Notes under the pieces: model-generated
What the model saw: only the letters and a program-made list of their open reading frames with translations
The model's database searches: none
Told to the model about the DNA's origin: nothing
Part shown: in pieces, positions 13,757 to 24,796 of the stretch
How the letters are laid out: the number at the start of each line of letters is the position of its first letter
Numbering within the stretch: position 1 is the first letter of the stretch
Position numbers and translations under genes: made by a program
Source: Xylographa opegraphella
Taxonomy: Eukaryota
Direction: 5' to 3'
Length of the DNA stretch: 64,000 nucleotides
NCBI GenBank assembly: GCA_022813865.1
Contig: JALDZX010000018.1
Location: 124,001 to 188,000 of the forward strand

Positions 13757-15302
13757 ATGGTCGTGATACAGGAAGACAAGGAGGTTATCGAGAGACATGA
13801 CGTTCTCATTGTGGGCGGAGGTCCCGTCGGCTTGTTCATGGGACTCTCACTCGCCCAAAAGGGGATTGAAGTTTTGGTTCTAGAGGCCGAAGCTGACATC
13901 GTCCCAAGTCCAAGAGCTCTGATGTGAGTGTAAGAGTGTGCATACGTAGTTGGACGTCGATAGAACCTGTTGTGCTAACTGTGCTACTTCCCTAGGTATT
14001 TTCCCATTGTACTCAATGAGTTTGAGAAAGTTGGCATATTAGACGACGTTGTCAAGGCCGGCTACAAGAACCAAGAAGGTTTATGCTTTAGAACACCAGC
14101 GGGTGGCTCAGACAAAGTGCTGGCCAAAATACCACCGGGTAAAGCCAAAGGTCCCATAGATTATGGTGTGCAACTGGGCCAAAGCACAATTGCAGAGATT
14201 CTACGAAATCATGCCAAACAATGCTCAAAATTCTCCATACAATATAACACTCGGTTCGTCAGTCTTCGCGAAGAAGATGATAGTGTCAACCTCGAAGCTG
14301 CTACGACCTCTGGTGAAACTAAATACTTTTCCGCGAAGTTCATCCTGGGTTGCGATGGAGGATCCTCTAATGTCAGGAAGGCCCTCGATATCCCTCTCGA
14401 AGGCTACACATGGGACGACTGGCGCTTTCTTGCTATCAATATCAAATACGACTTCACAAAGTATGGATATCCGGCTGCAAACCACGTATTAGATCCTGAG
14501 GACTGGGCGGTCATCGTTCGTGCTGGCAATGAGAAGGAAGGTCTCTGGCGGATTGCAACTGGAATTCGGCCTGATATCCCGGTTGAAGACATAGAGAAAC
14601 ATCTTCCTGCGAAGCTGGAGCGCCTTCTACCGGGTCCGCGACCCCTGAAATACGAGGTCGTTGCTTGCAATCCATACTGGGCACATGAACGTGTAGCGCC
14701 CACCTACACTTCTGGGAGGGTTGCGCTGGTCGGTGATGCTGCCCACGTACGTTTCTGAGTCTGTCAAGCATGGTCAGATTACGTTCTAACCAGATTCGGG
14801 CTTTCTAGCTGAACAACCCGCTTACGGCACTCGGTCTCACCACCGGTCTTGTCGATGCCGCTGTGATGTCTCGCTTATTACCAGAGGCCGATACCTTTGG
14901 AGGAGCCAAGCCGTGGCGTGGCCTCCTCGAGAAATACTCTTCGATGCGGCGCAAGGACTATGTGAATAACGTGCAGAAGTTTGCACTGGCCGGGAAACTA
15001 CGGCTGCACTCGACGGATCGGAAAGTTGTGGCGGAGAAGGAAGACTTCTTCAACATGCTGAACAAGAACCCTGGCTTCGGCATGTTCGTTGCGTCCACGA
15101 TGACGGACACTCTGCCCGACAACCTCTTTCCGTCGCCGTGGTACGTTTTCTCCTCTCGTGAAGTTGGAAATGAGCTAGCTACCAGTGACTGACTCTGTTT
15201 CGCTCCAGGGAGGTGCTGGTCAGCTTTCTCAGCAAGACTGTGTTCGTTCTACGGACGATTGTGTCGATTATCTACTGGAAGATCAATGCGTCGGTCACTT
15301 AG
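13757..15302 (+). CDS. FAD-dependent aromatic monooxygenase (group A, FAD_binding_3)
   Basis: DVLIVGGGPVG Rossmann motif, GCDGGSS (DG motif), GRVALVGDAAH|LNNPLTALGLTTGLVDA (GD motif). Predicted introns 13924-13995, 14747-14808, 15141-15208. Confidence 0.9.
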
Positions 15303-15329
15303 ATGCACTGGGGTCACTTTGATGGCTTG

Positions 15330-15405
15330 GATGTACTGGAGGGTCGAGGATGAACTGGTGGGTCTTAGATGGACCGGTGGGTCTTAGATGAATTGGTGGG
15401 TCATA
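15330..15405. repeat. 19-bp imperfect tandem repeat x4 (GATGnACTGGTGGGTCTTA-like) just downstream of the monooxygenase stop
   Basis: gatgtactggagggtcgag / gatgaactggtgggtctta / gatggaccggtgggtctta / gatgaattggtgggtcata; a degenerate copy at 15302-15320. Confidence 0.85.
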
Positions 15406-18011
15406 GAGGTACAGCGATCATGGCTGGAGTGTATATAGTTCTGCGCTTGCGTGGTTGGATTAGATAATTTCGTGGCTTATATAGCATCCTAAAACTCTAC
15501 ACCTACCCATCAAGTCTTCCTCCGAACACAGTGTCTTGGAACCTGGGCCTCGACCCCCGACAGAACTCCCTAGAGCAAGTCCAGCCGTCCAGTGACAAAA
15601 GTTCTAGACGACAATGGAAAAGCATGCGTCCTTTCATCACCGCCCTAGTCCCCTTTGTAGTCACAATTATTCCCCTATCGCTTTCAACAGAACTGATTCC
15701 ACCCCTCAAAACTTCCCGCTTTCGAGGGCGGCGAAAAGCTTGCCAAGCATTTCCGCTTGTTCTACCAACATAGGTATGTCCCGAAGTGCACGGCGAAAGT
15801 CGACGCACCATCTGCCGGGACGACGTCGGCAGGATCGTGCATATATCTCCGACCAGGCGCCGGGACACCAGAATGCAGAATGCTGCCGATCAGCACGTTC
15901 TGCACCCTTCCCCCGTTCCCCCTCTGGGTACCGGCCGGAGGATTAATTCCGCCAGGGGAGAGAGCGCCAGGTTCTGCAGCTGCGTTTTCGAGGGGACGCT
16001 GCTCCGGAAATGAGCCAGGAGGCAGGAGGTGGTGTGCCAGTGTGCAGATGGCGATGATGCATGATGATGGGATTTCGATCGCGCGCGAGCAAGAGCCATT
16101 GGTCGTTTCTCTCCCCTTCCACCAGCACACCTGGCCCCCCTTGCAGGTTTGGGCGGGCGGGCAGGCGGGTCGTCGTCGTTGAACGGGATATCTCCGTCCC
16201 CACAATGCGTTCCATGATTCTTTTTCTGCTTGGTGTCGCGGGTTACATCCACGTTGGGTTGGCCTGTTCGACGGGTTACATCCACGCTCGTTAGCGCGCA
16301 CGCAACGGAGACCTTCGTTCTTCGGCGCGCCTTTGGGGTTTCGAACCTTAGTGCGGCCTGGGCGTCACATCGCTTGATACTTGTTAGCTCGATGGCCAAG
16401 TCACCCCGGCCGGCGGCGGGTGCCAGAACATGCGTTCGAGCACCGGACGAACTTGGCCGCCCGCTCACTCGGCAGGGACTGGAGTAGCGATGGGATCGCT
16501 CTCCCTACTGGCCCACCGCGAGCCAAGGCGAGCATGAGCGTCCGAACACCTTGCTCTCCGTCCCGCAGCTCCCCCGGTCTTTCCACGCTCCCGTCCCCGC
16601 ACAAAGGGACTCGAAAAGTGGACTCGTTGCGTGATTGGCGTGGTGTACGCTTCGGAAACACTCCATTGGCGGGGGGGGGGGAATGCTCACAGGGTCCGTC
16701 CCGCCCGAGGGGCGGGGGACTCCAACATTCGCCGGGGGCCCGTGAAGCAGCGCCTCGCTGAGGGGCTTCATGATGGCCACCGAATCGCATCCGGTTCTGT
16801 CAACCGCGGTCGTCATGCGAATCCCGCGTCCGCGCCTTTGCACGAATTGCGTGCGTGGAGGTGCAGTAGATCTCCCATAGTAGGTAGGTCGGTAGGTAAG
16901 CAAGTACCTTACCGTAGGTAGGTACCGTACCTAGGTACATACGTACGTAGGTGCGTTTCTTGGCTACCTTACCTAACCTTGAGCACCTTTGGCTAACTAT
17001 AGTAGCTGTAACGGCAGGGATTGCGCGTAATCACCCCTAGCTACCTAGGTACCTTGTGTAAGACTAAGGTAGCTAGTCTTACCTGCCGTAGCCAAGCTTC
17101 GGGGCGCTTAAGGCTGCAACGTCTCCCAGCACCCCAGCCCCTGTCAGTAGTAGCGTCGAACTCAGTCCGGCCCTGCAAATCTGCCACCTCGTGCCGACCC
17201 GGCCTGCTGAACTGCTCCCCACTCCTACGCGAGAAGGGAGGAGAGTTATTAGGTGAAGTTTTTCGCTTGCCGGGCCGTCTTCGAGGTTTAGCGAGCGAGA
17301 AAGTCGTGCAGGGGTCCGCAGTATGCACCAGTGTAGGAGCCGCGCTCCGGGATCGTCGAGCCAATGCCTGTCGCTCCAGAAAGGACCTTTGACGAACATG
17401 CCAAGCAAGTGAAAAAGAAGAAAAGGGGGGGGGCCAGGGGCAGAGCGCGAGCGATGGTGATGATAGCGTGGGCCAGGAGAGCGAGAGGATGAGTGAGATC
17501 TATTTGGGCGGGCTGACCGGGGGTGGGTTCACTGTGCAGGCCGCCGATGAGATCAGCTACTTTGTGCATACACTCTGCAGCCCGTGGGCATGCACGGTAG
17601 GCCACACGATTCTGGTTCCGAGGCTTTGGGCCGAAGCATTACGTGTACCGCTTGCCGGATGACATGAGATGGCGCAATGGTGTGGAGTGCGTCCTGCGTG
17701 CGATGTCCGTCGGCCGAAACGGAGAACGCTTTCTAAGCGGTGCACAGTCAGGCATGGAGTCTACCCGGATTATTGATCGAAGGAAAGAGCAGGCCGGGCG
17801 TGGTGCATGGCTACGGAAATAGGTCAAGTCGCAGAAGTGAAGCAGACGTAACAGGCCAAGACTTTTGATTGGCTAAATCTTTTGAATGGGGAACTCTAAA
17901 ATGCCTGCCCCTCTACCCTTCTCCGATATCAGCTGCTTGGATAGATCTGTGATGCGCCACCGAACACATGAAATTCGTAAAATCAAAGTCTAGTATCGCT
18001 AGCGACGGGTG

Positions 18012-19123
18012 CTATCGTCCATGACCGTCGGACGAGGCGGCGGGACTCCTTTGTGGCTTCGCCATCTCCGCCGGTATGCTCATCACCGGTACAGGCATCC
18101 AAACGTAGTGCATCTGCTGCATCATCGGAGCCTGCGGGCTCCTGCAGCAGCAGTTGCTCCCGTGCTCGCCCGGGCTGTGTGGACCTGACTCCATTCCGTT
18201 ACCTTGCCTCATGTCAGCTGGAGCTTCGAGTCTGAGGAGGGCAGGAAAGGCATACTAGATAGTGTAAAGGGACTCATAGGTATGATAGGGCCGCCCATCT
18301 GGAATGGATGCGGGTACCCAAAGGTTGGGTATGGCGTAGGTTCGGTAGGCAATTGGTACGGGGCACTGCCACTCGCGAAGAATTTGTGGTCGGTCCTCTC
18401 GGTTCCTGGTGTAGACGGAGAAGGCCCTCGCTCTGAGGTATACGAGCCTGGTCCGGAGTGAAAGTGAGGTGAGGACACTTCGGTGGAGGGAATGGTTGAA
18501 GGTGCAGTTCCGAGCTCGGGGAACGGTAGTGTGGAGTTGGACTCGGCAATTGCCGCATCGGAGAGAGCAGGAGCAGAGAATGTGGTATCTATCTGATGGT
18601 TGTTCGAAGGTGTGCCCATGTCGTTCATATGCGAGCAGCGGCAGCCCGATTCGAGCTCCGTTTCGGGCATATTCAGGAAATCTGGTAGATTCCTCCATGG
18701 ATCTGAGAAATCTGTGATATCACATTGCTCCGTCTGAACCATGGGTCTGACCTCCTTCGGGGGCTCAGGTCGAGTGATGTCGGCGGTCGTTTGACGTTTG
18801 GTCCTACTCTTGAAGGTTGGAGATTTGTCGGTATCGGATACACGCCCTTCCGCAGCTGCGGATGCATCGACAAGAGCTTCGAGCTTCTCGAGTCGGTCCC
18901 GAATCTTGTTCCCTAGCTTTACGTTAGTCAAGGCGGTTCGAATGATGGACGAACTCGAAAGGATTCTCTTACGGTAATTTCGTTGGGAGATCCTGTTCTG
19001 CAGCCGTCGCTTCTCCACTAAGTCTGCCACTTGTGACAGCTCTTCGGTCAAGTCTTGGTGGGCTTTCGGATCGGTGGATACAGTTCGAGCACGTTTTGTG
19101 AGCGACTGTTTGGAGGAACTCAT
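18012..19123 (-). CDS. bZIP transcription factor (XanC-like cluster regulator)
   Basis: Basic region EKRRLQNRISQRNYR followed, after predicted intron 18913-18972, by NKIRDRLEKLEALVD. A second predicted intron 18203-18255 (GTATGC..GCTGAC..AAG) joins ORF 18012-18212 in frame. Confidence 0.85.
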
Positions 19124-21115
19124 GGCAAGATAGGCAGCAAATATGACGAATGGTGGTACAGGGAAGTCTTCTGAGACAGAAATAGGGTCATAGAAGGTGT
19201 TACACAGAAGGATAAGGAACGTCCGGGCTTCACGGCGTTCTTTACTACTTTAGCCTCCATGAATATTCCACTGCCACGAGCTCGCACAGCTGCGCCGTGA
19301 TCCTACAGCATGGATGGAGATGGAGCACGGTAAGCCTTGGCCAGATGTGCACCGACAAGGCAGCCGTCATATGGCGTTGATCTTAGTAAGACCAAGTCCG
19401 GGACGTTGCACGAGAGCTGCATCAGACAACCCAAAACGACCCTCGAACGGAAGTTCCCCACAGCCGCAGTCTAGACAAGTGTCATCCACCACTGTTTCCT
19501 GCGCGCTACACGCCTAGGTAAGATCCTCGGCCGCCGCCACATTATGGCCTCTTTTTAGACTCCATCATTCATTGGGTCTCGACAAAGGCCGCGGCCCTCT
19601 GATGCCCAGCGTCCGATCGATGGCTGAAGGGAGGGTAACGGGATCACGGTTGAACGGAGGTCGGAGTCTCCGTTCGTCCAAGCTCGCTCTATAGGACAGT
19701 CTACCGGACCCAGCTAGCTTTTTCGTAGCCGTGGGAACTTGTCGCAGCGGAGGAAGTTGCACGATGCTGTAGGGAGTGATCTACGCAGAGGGTGAAACGC
19801 CACGGACGCTTTGCGCGGAGCGCCACGCTAGCAGAGTAATACTCGTCACCGCCCTTCGCTGTGATGCAGGCGCTCCGTAACCAATGAAGCTGTCTCAGCT
19901 TTCGTTCGGACGAAAGAGGTTCCAAGGAGCACTATGCAACCACACCTCCCACGCCCGCTTGGTCCAGCGGTGAACGCGAGCCAGCGCGTGTGGAGCGTCA
20001 CACCAGCCTGCATGATACGGATGACGGACTGCATGACAAGCTCCGAGAGCCTACCTTACGGAGTACCATGTTCTGCATCCCACGTTACACCACAACCCAA
20101 CGTCGCTGCCACCGCGTGCGTATCTGCAGGTCCTGGTTCGATTGGAAATTTCCCGGATGAGGGACGGCGATGTGAGACCCAGCGAGCTGCAACATGCGAG
20201 GGGCGACCTGCAGCCTGGATGCCCGGGCGGAAGGATTGGATGGCGAGCTCCGGTATTCTAGAAGACTTTGGTATCTGTCCTTCACGGTCTAGCGCGACGG
20301 TCTCGGGACGTTCACCTTTGCTTCCGTGAGCCAGTGGCAGCATAGAGGGCGAGTATCGTGGACACGGTACTGGCGTGCCGAATGAAAGAATATTGTCTTC
20401 CCAATTATCGAGGTTCCACCACTGAGCGTTGCTGTTGAATGTTCTGTTCAGAAGGGTCAAGGATACTACGGAGTGGCGAGTTACCTTTGTACTTATATTT
20501 TGCGTTCACGATACTTCCTTCAGTGTAACAGTCGTGGTACCGCATTTCGATCACCGAGATCCACGACGGTATGTCCTGACATCTTAGGATAAGCGTCTGC
20601 AGATGTCCTCAAACTACAGCGGGTGGTTCCATGCCTTGTTCGACTACTGCAAGGGCCTATTCAGCTTACAAGAGGCTCGATAACTACGTTGAATGAGGGC
20701 AATGCCGATTCGCTGACTAAAATGGCTTCTCCTGTCAGCTCCAGGAAAGGCTGAGGAAACCATCATACACATCTCATGTCACATAAGCTAATCGCTTGGG
20801 GACCGATCGCATGCAAGTTAGGATTCTTTCAGCGGAAGATGTACAGTAAGGGCGGAAAACATGGCTGCCCGTTGCCCATACTGAAGACGTTATTGGTCTA
20901 TTCTTAGACCTTTTTCAGCTGATTATCAGCGTCTGGTTTTAGACTAATAGCATGATATATCACGAGCTCAGAAAGGCTCTTTTTCTAGTCTCAGTCTATT
21001 GCATTCATTGACTCAGGGTCTCTCTATATAACTGCTTTGGCACCGTTTCATCGTACTTTTGTACGTTCCCTTCATACCCCAGTCCTAAGACATTTACATT
21101 TCTATTATCTTCATC

Positions 21116-23486
21116 ATGCTGGCAGCAACTTTAACTCAGTTCCAACAGCCGGCGGTATCGTCCCCATCTGTTGTACCGCAAGAGGATTTCCACTACCCGA
21201 GTACCAACGGTGATGGGACTATCACCACAGCCGTTGATCAGGAGCGCTTCTTGGCCCTGGAAAAGCGTGTGGAGACATTATTTCTTCAGATTCAACAATC
21301 AAGCATCACTTCGACTCTTACACCAACCGGAAAAGCAATGAAAAGCCGCAAATCGAAATCAAATTTTTTGGGCACAGGTCCTTTAAATCTGCCAATTACG
21401 CCTGAGATCAGTTTACCAACGACGCCAGCAATTCAACCGGATGATCAGCAGGAGATCTTCCCTGATATTCCAGACACACCATCCGCCAAACTATCGCTAC
21501 AAATTCTAGCTATTATCCAGCGATATGGGCAAAACACCGATGATGGTTGGGTTGGGAAGCAAAAATTCCTCCCTTTTGTTGAGGAGTACGTGAAGGACCG
21601 AAAGCCGGTTGAAATGGTCTTGCCGGCCTTCCCGTTCAAATCACCCAACCGGAAAGACAAGGTACTCGGCAACATGCCTGATCTGGGTGAAGAGCTAGCT
21701 TTGATGCACTTGAATGGTCTGTGTGAAAGCATCACAAAGATCTATGCCCCTGGAGCACATGTGACCATCACGTCTGATGGACTCGTATATAATGGTAAGT
21801 TCGAATCAAGGAGGCAAGGTTGGAGTCACATAATATTGACGTTCGATAATAGATCTAATGATGATCCCCGACTCGGAAGTCTGGGACTACTCCACTGCCG
21901 TCCGAGAGATCATCATGGCCAAAGAACTGAAGCACATCAAGACATTCCGCATCGTCGACCTGCTCGACTTTCACGATACTCAGAACCTCACCAGGGAGGA
22001 ATATCTTGTCCACGCCGGCTGTTATCGGCGGGAACTTATTGCCAAGTTCAGCCCAAAGAACTTTGATAGTCGGCAATCGGTCCGTGAAGACAAGGACACA
22101 TGCCTGACATATCGTGGCTACATCAAGTTCCTTACCAAGGATCTAAAATATAGTCGTCTAGGGGACGAGTTCGGTAACGAGAAAAAGAAATATAAGGATG
22201 CAATCGAGAAGCTGGCATACGACATGATATTTCGTGGCAAGGTGAGAATACTATTTCGGAGACTATTCTCCACCTAAAGTGCTAATCATCGGTCCTACAG
22301 ATCTTTGCCGCTGCCGTCAACGCCAAATGTGGAAAGTTCGTACGCTTGTCGATCCATCCGTCCGTTGGGCAGACGAAACTATCTGTTCCGTTGATTCCTC
22401 CGCCAAAGGGAACCCCTCTCATGACACCATGGCATTCATCGGTTCTTGTTGGTCTCGACGGCTCTTTCCGGACTATTCATGCTGATGAAGGACGGGAGCT
22501 ATATGATGTTGTCATGCGTGATGGAAAGCCATATCATTTCAGAGAGAAGTCAGACCTATGGAATTTTGGCAACACAAAGGTCACTTTCGAGCACTTGTAT
22601 CCATGCGGACTGATCATCCGTCCCGCCGACCCAACTACCAAGCCTTCGCTCAGTGAGGTCAACATGAAAAAAGTGCGAGGACTGGCAGAGCATCAATCTC
22701 CCGTTGTTCTCCGTGGTTTCGCTGATACCACTGACCGAGAGCTCTTCATCAGCAAGGCCTATGAGCTAGGTACGGTCCTGCCATGGACGTTCGGTATCTT
22801 GCAGGAGGTCAAGGATCATGGGAAGACCCATAAGCTACACAACAATGTTGTTAGCAATGAAGCGATGCCTATGCACTACGACGGCATGTTCAAATTCGTT
22901 CCCGAGCTAGACGCGGACGGCAATCCCAAGGTTGATGCCGACGGAAAGGAGATCAAGGTTCAAAAGCCACCCAGGTAAGCACCAATAATGTTTCTACTAC
23001 AAAGAATCACTTCTAACGAACTTCAGGTTCCAATATTTCACTTCCATCGCCACAGCCCCCAAAGGCACGGGATACACTCTCTTCGCTGCCTCGCGTCTCT
23101 TCTTCCAATACCTTCCTCACCCATACACCGTGGAACGCCTCGAGAAGATCACCTGGGCCATGGACAACAATGGCTTCTGGGACGCCAAACTCAAGAATCT
23201 TCCCCTCGTCGTCCGTCATCCAATCCGCAACACCCCTTGCATCCGCTGGCACGAACCGTGGGATGCGACCAAGACTAAGTTCTCTACTTGTGATATCACG
23301 ATCGAAAACGATGACCAGGAAATTACGCAGGTCGTCGACTCGTTGTTATACGACCCTCGTATCTGCCTACGATTCACCTGGGACCAGGGCGACATCCTCG
23401 TCTCGGACAATGTGTTGATGGAGCACACCAGAACGGAGTTTACCGGCGAGTGTGATCGGGAACTGTGGCGCATCCATTTTGACTAG
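21116..23486 (+). CDS. Isocyanide synthase (Dit1/PvcA domain) fused to a TauD-like Fe(II)/2OG dioxygenase (XanB-like)
   Basis: ICS motifs LPAFPFKSPN, KVLGNMPDLGEELAL, SDGLVYND, YRGYIKFL, RLSIH, TPWH. Dioxygenase part has PVVLRGF, HYDG (HxD), a distal H in DNVLMEHTR, and RELWRIH. Predicted introns 21795-21852, 22242-22300, 22975-23026. Confidence 0.95.
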
Positions 23487-24796
23487 TCTACCCAAGGCAC
23501 GGGGTGTGGAGCATTTGCCTAAATTGAACAACAGTGAATATTGTGGGCGTTAGCATATTGAACTTTCAACTTTTCTTATCAAAATTGTATTTTTGGTAAG
23601 CCGAGATCAACCAAAAGGTGACTCGCTATCCATCACGCGTGAGACTGGTGTGTCTATGTGGATGTGGTAGACTAGTCTGTATGTATTGCAAGAATTGCCA
23701 TGGGCGGAGCCAAAAGTCACAAGAAGGGTAAGAACCCCGGAGTAGCATTAGGTACTAAATATAACAAGACCTGTTCGACCAATGAATCCCCTATGGCATC
23801 TCAGCTCGTTGGACATGGCGCTCACTCGCTCGTAAAGCTAAGCTGAGGTTGCACGCGCCATAAGCTCATGATGGCCTCAGCAAGGTAACTCGACGAGGCA
23901 CAGCTGCTCCATTAAGTATCGGAGCGGTTTGCTGTGGTCCCTCGGTCGGACGAGTAAATCCAGGAGAGACCATGCAGCGAAGCTACGGCACGGGTCGCTT
24001 TTGGGTGACGCGATCCGCGGCAGAGAGATGTGCTAATCCACAACCGATGGGATGTCGTTGAAAGAAGGAACGGGGTCTAGCACAAGCGTGTCGGGCTGAG
24101 ATACACTAGGTACGGCCCGGGGACTAGCGCTGAGAAGGTTTGCGCAATTTGTACTCCAATCAGCTACCGGCCGGCCCTGCCTTGGAGCCCTGCAAGTCGC
24201 TCAGGGCTGCCGCACGACGGAAGCCCGGACTCCGATTGCTTGCCGTTCCGAGATTTCGCGCCTGTTTTAACCGCGGCGAGAAATGTCATCTAAAGTGAAT
24301 AGGTTCCCGCTCTGTTCGACGGTGCAGATGCCGTGGGAGGACTTATGTTTTCAGAATATATACCTATTGTATATCGAGCGTGTGTGGTGCGATTATGTAT
24401 TTATTACTAGCACAAGACCCATCTGCTGGAAAGCAAGTTCGGGGTACTTTCTGTATCTTAAACCGGATTAATATAGGAGTTCCAGCGTTGTATATGTAAT
24501 GTTGAAATATACTTTAGAACACAGAGGGTGATCAACGTCCCTCAGCACTTGAATTATATTCACAAGAACCCCGCCGAAATGCTGGTTGACCGACCATGAA
24601 TACTATTAACCAACACTTCGGAGATTCAACTAGAATTGAGGATTAGTCAGCATAATTCGGTCCCGAGAGGCTGTGCATAGTGAGAGGCCCGGAGATGGCA
24701 ATCATCTACTTTGACTTCCGATTTGCGCTTTCATCTCCCACACTGTCTCCGCTTCGGTAGCATCGTATTGTCGCGGCCTCCCGGTCAGTGCTCAAT

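Noticed and set aside
15330..15405. Repeat array as a possible CRISPR
   Set aside because: Head-to-tail degenerate units without spacers, no cas genes, eukaryotic context.
15503..17830. Many 60-190 aa ORFs on both strands
   Set aside because: No recognisable domain or consistent exon structure; explained by GC richness.
19314..20460. ORFs in the bZIP-ICS divergent region
   Set aside because: No motifs; treated as promoter or UTR sequence.
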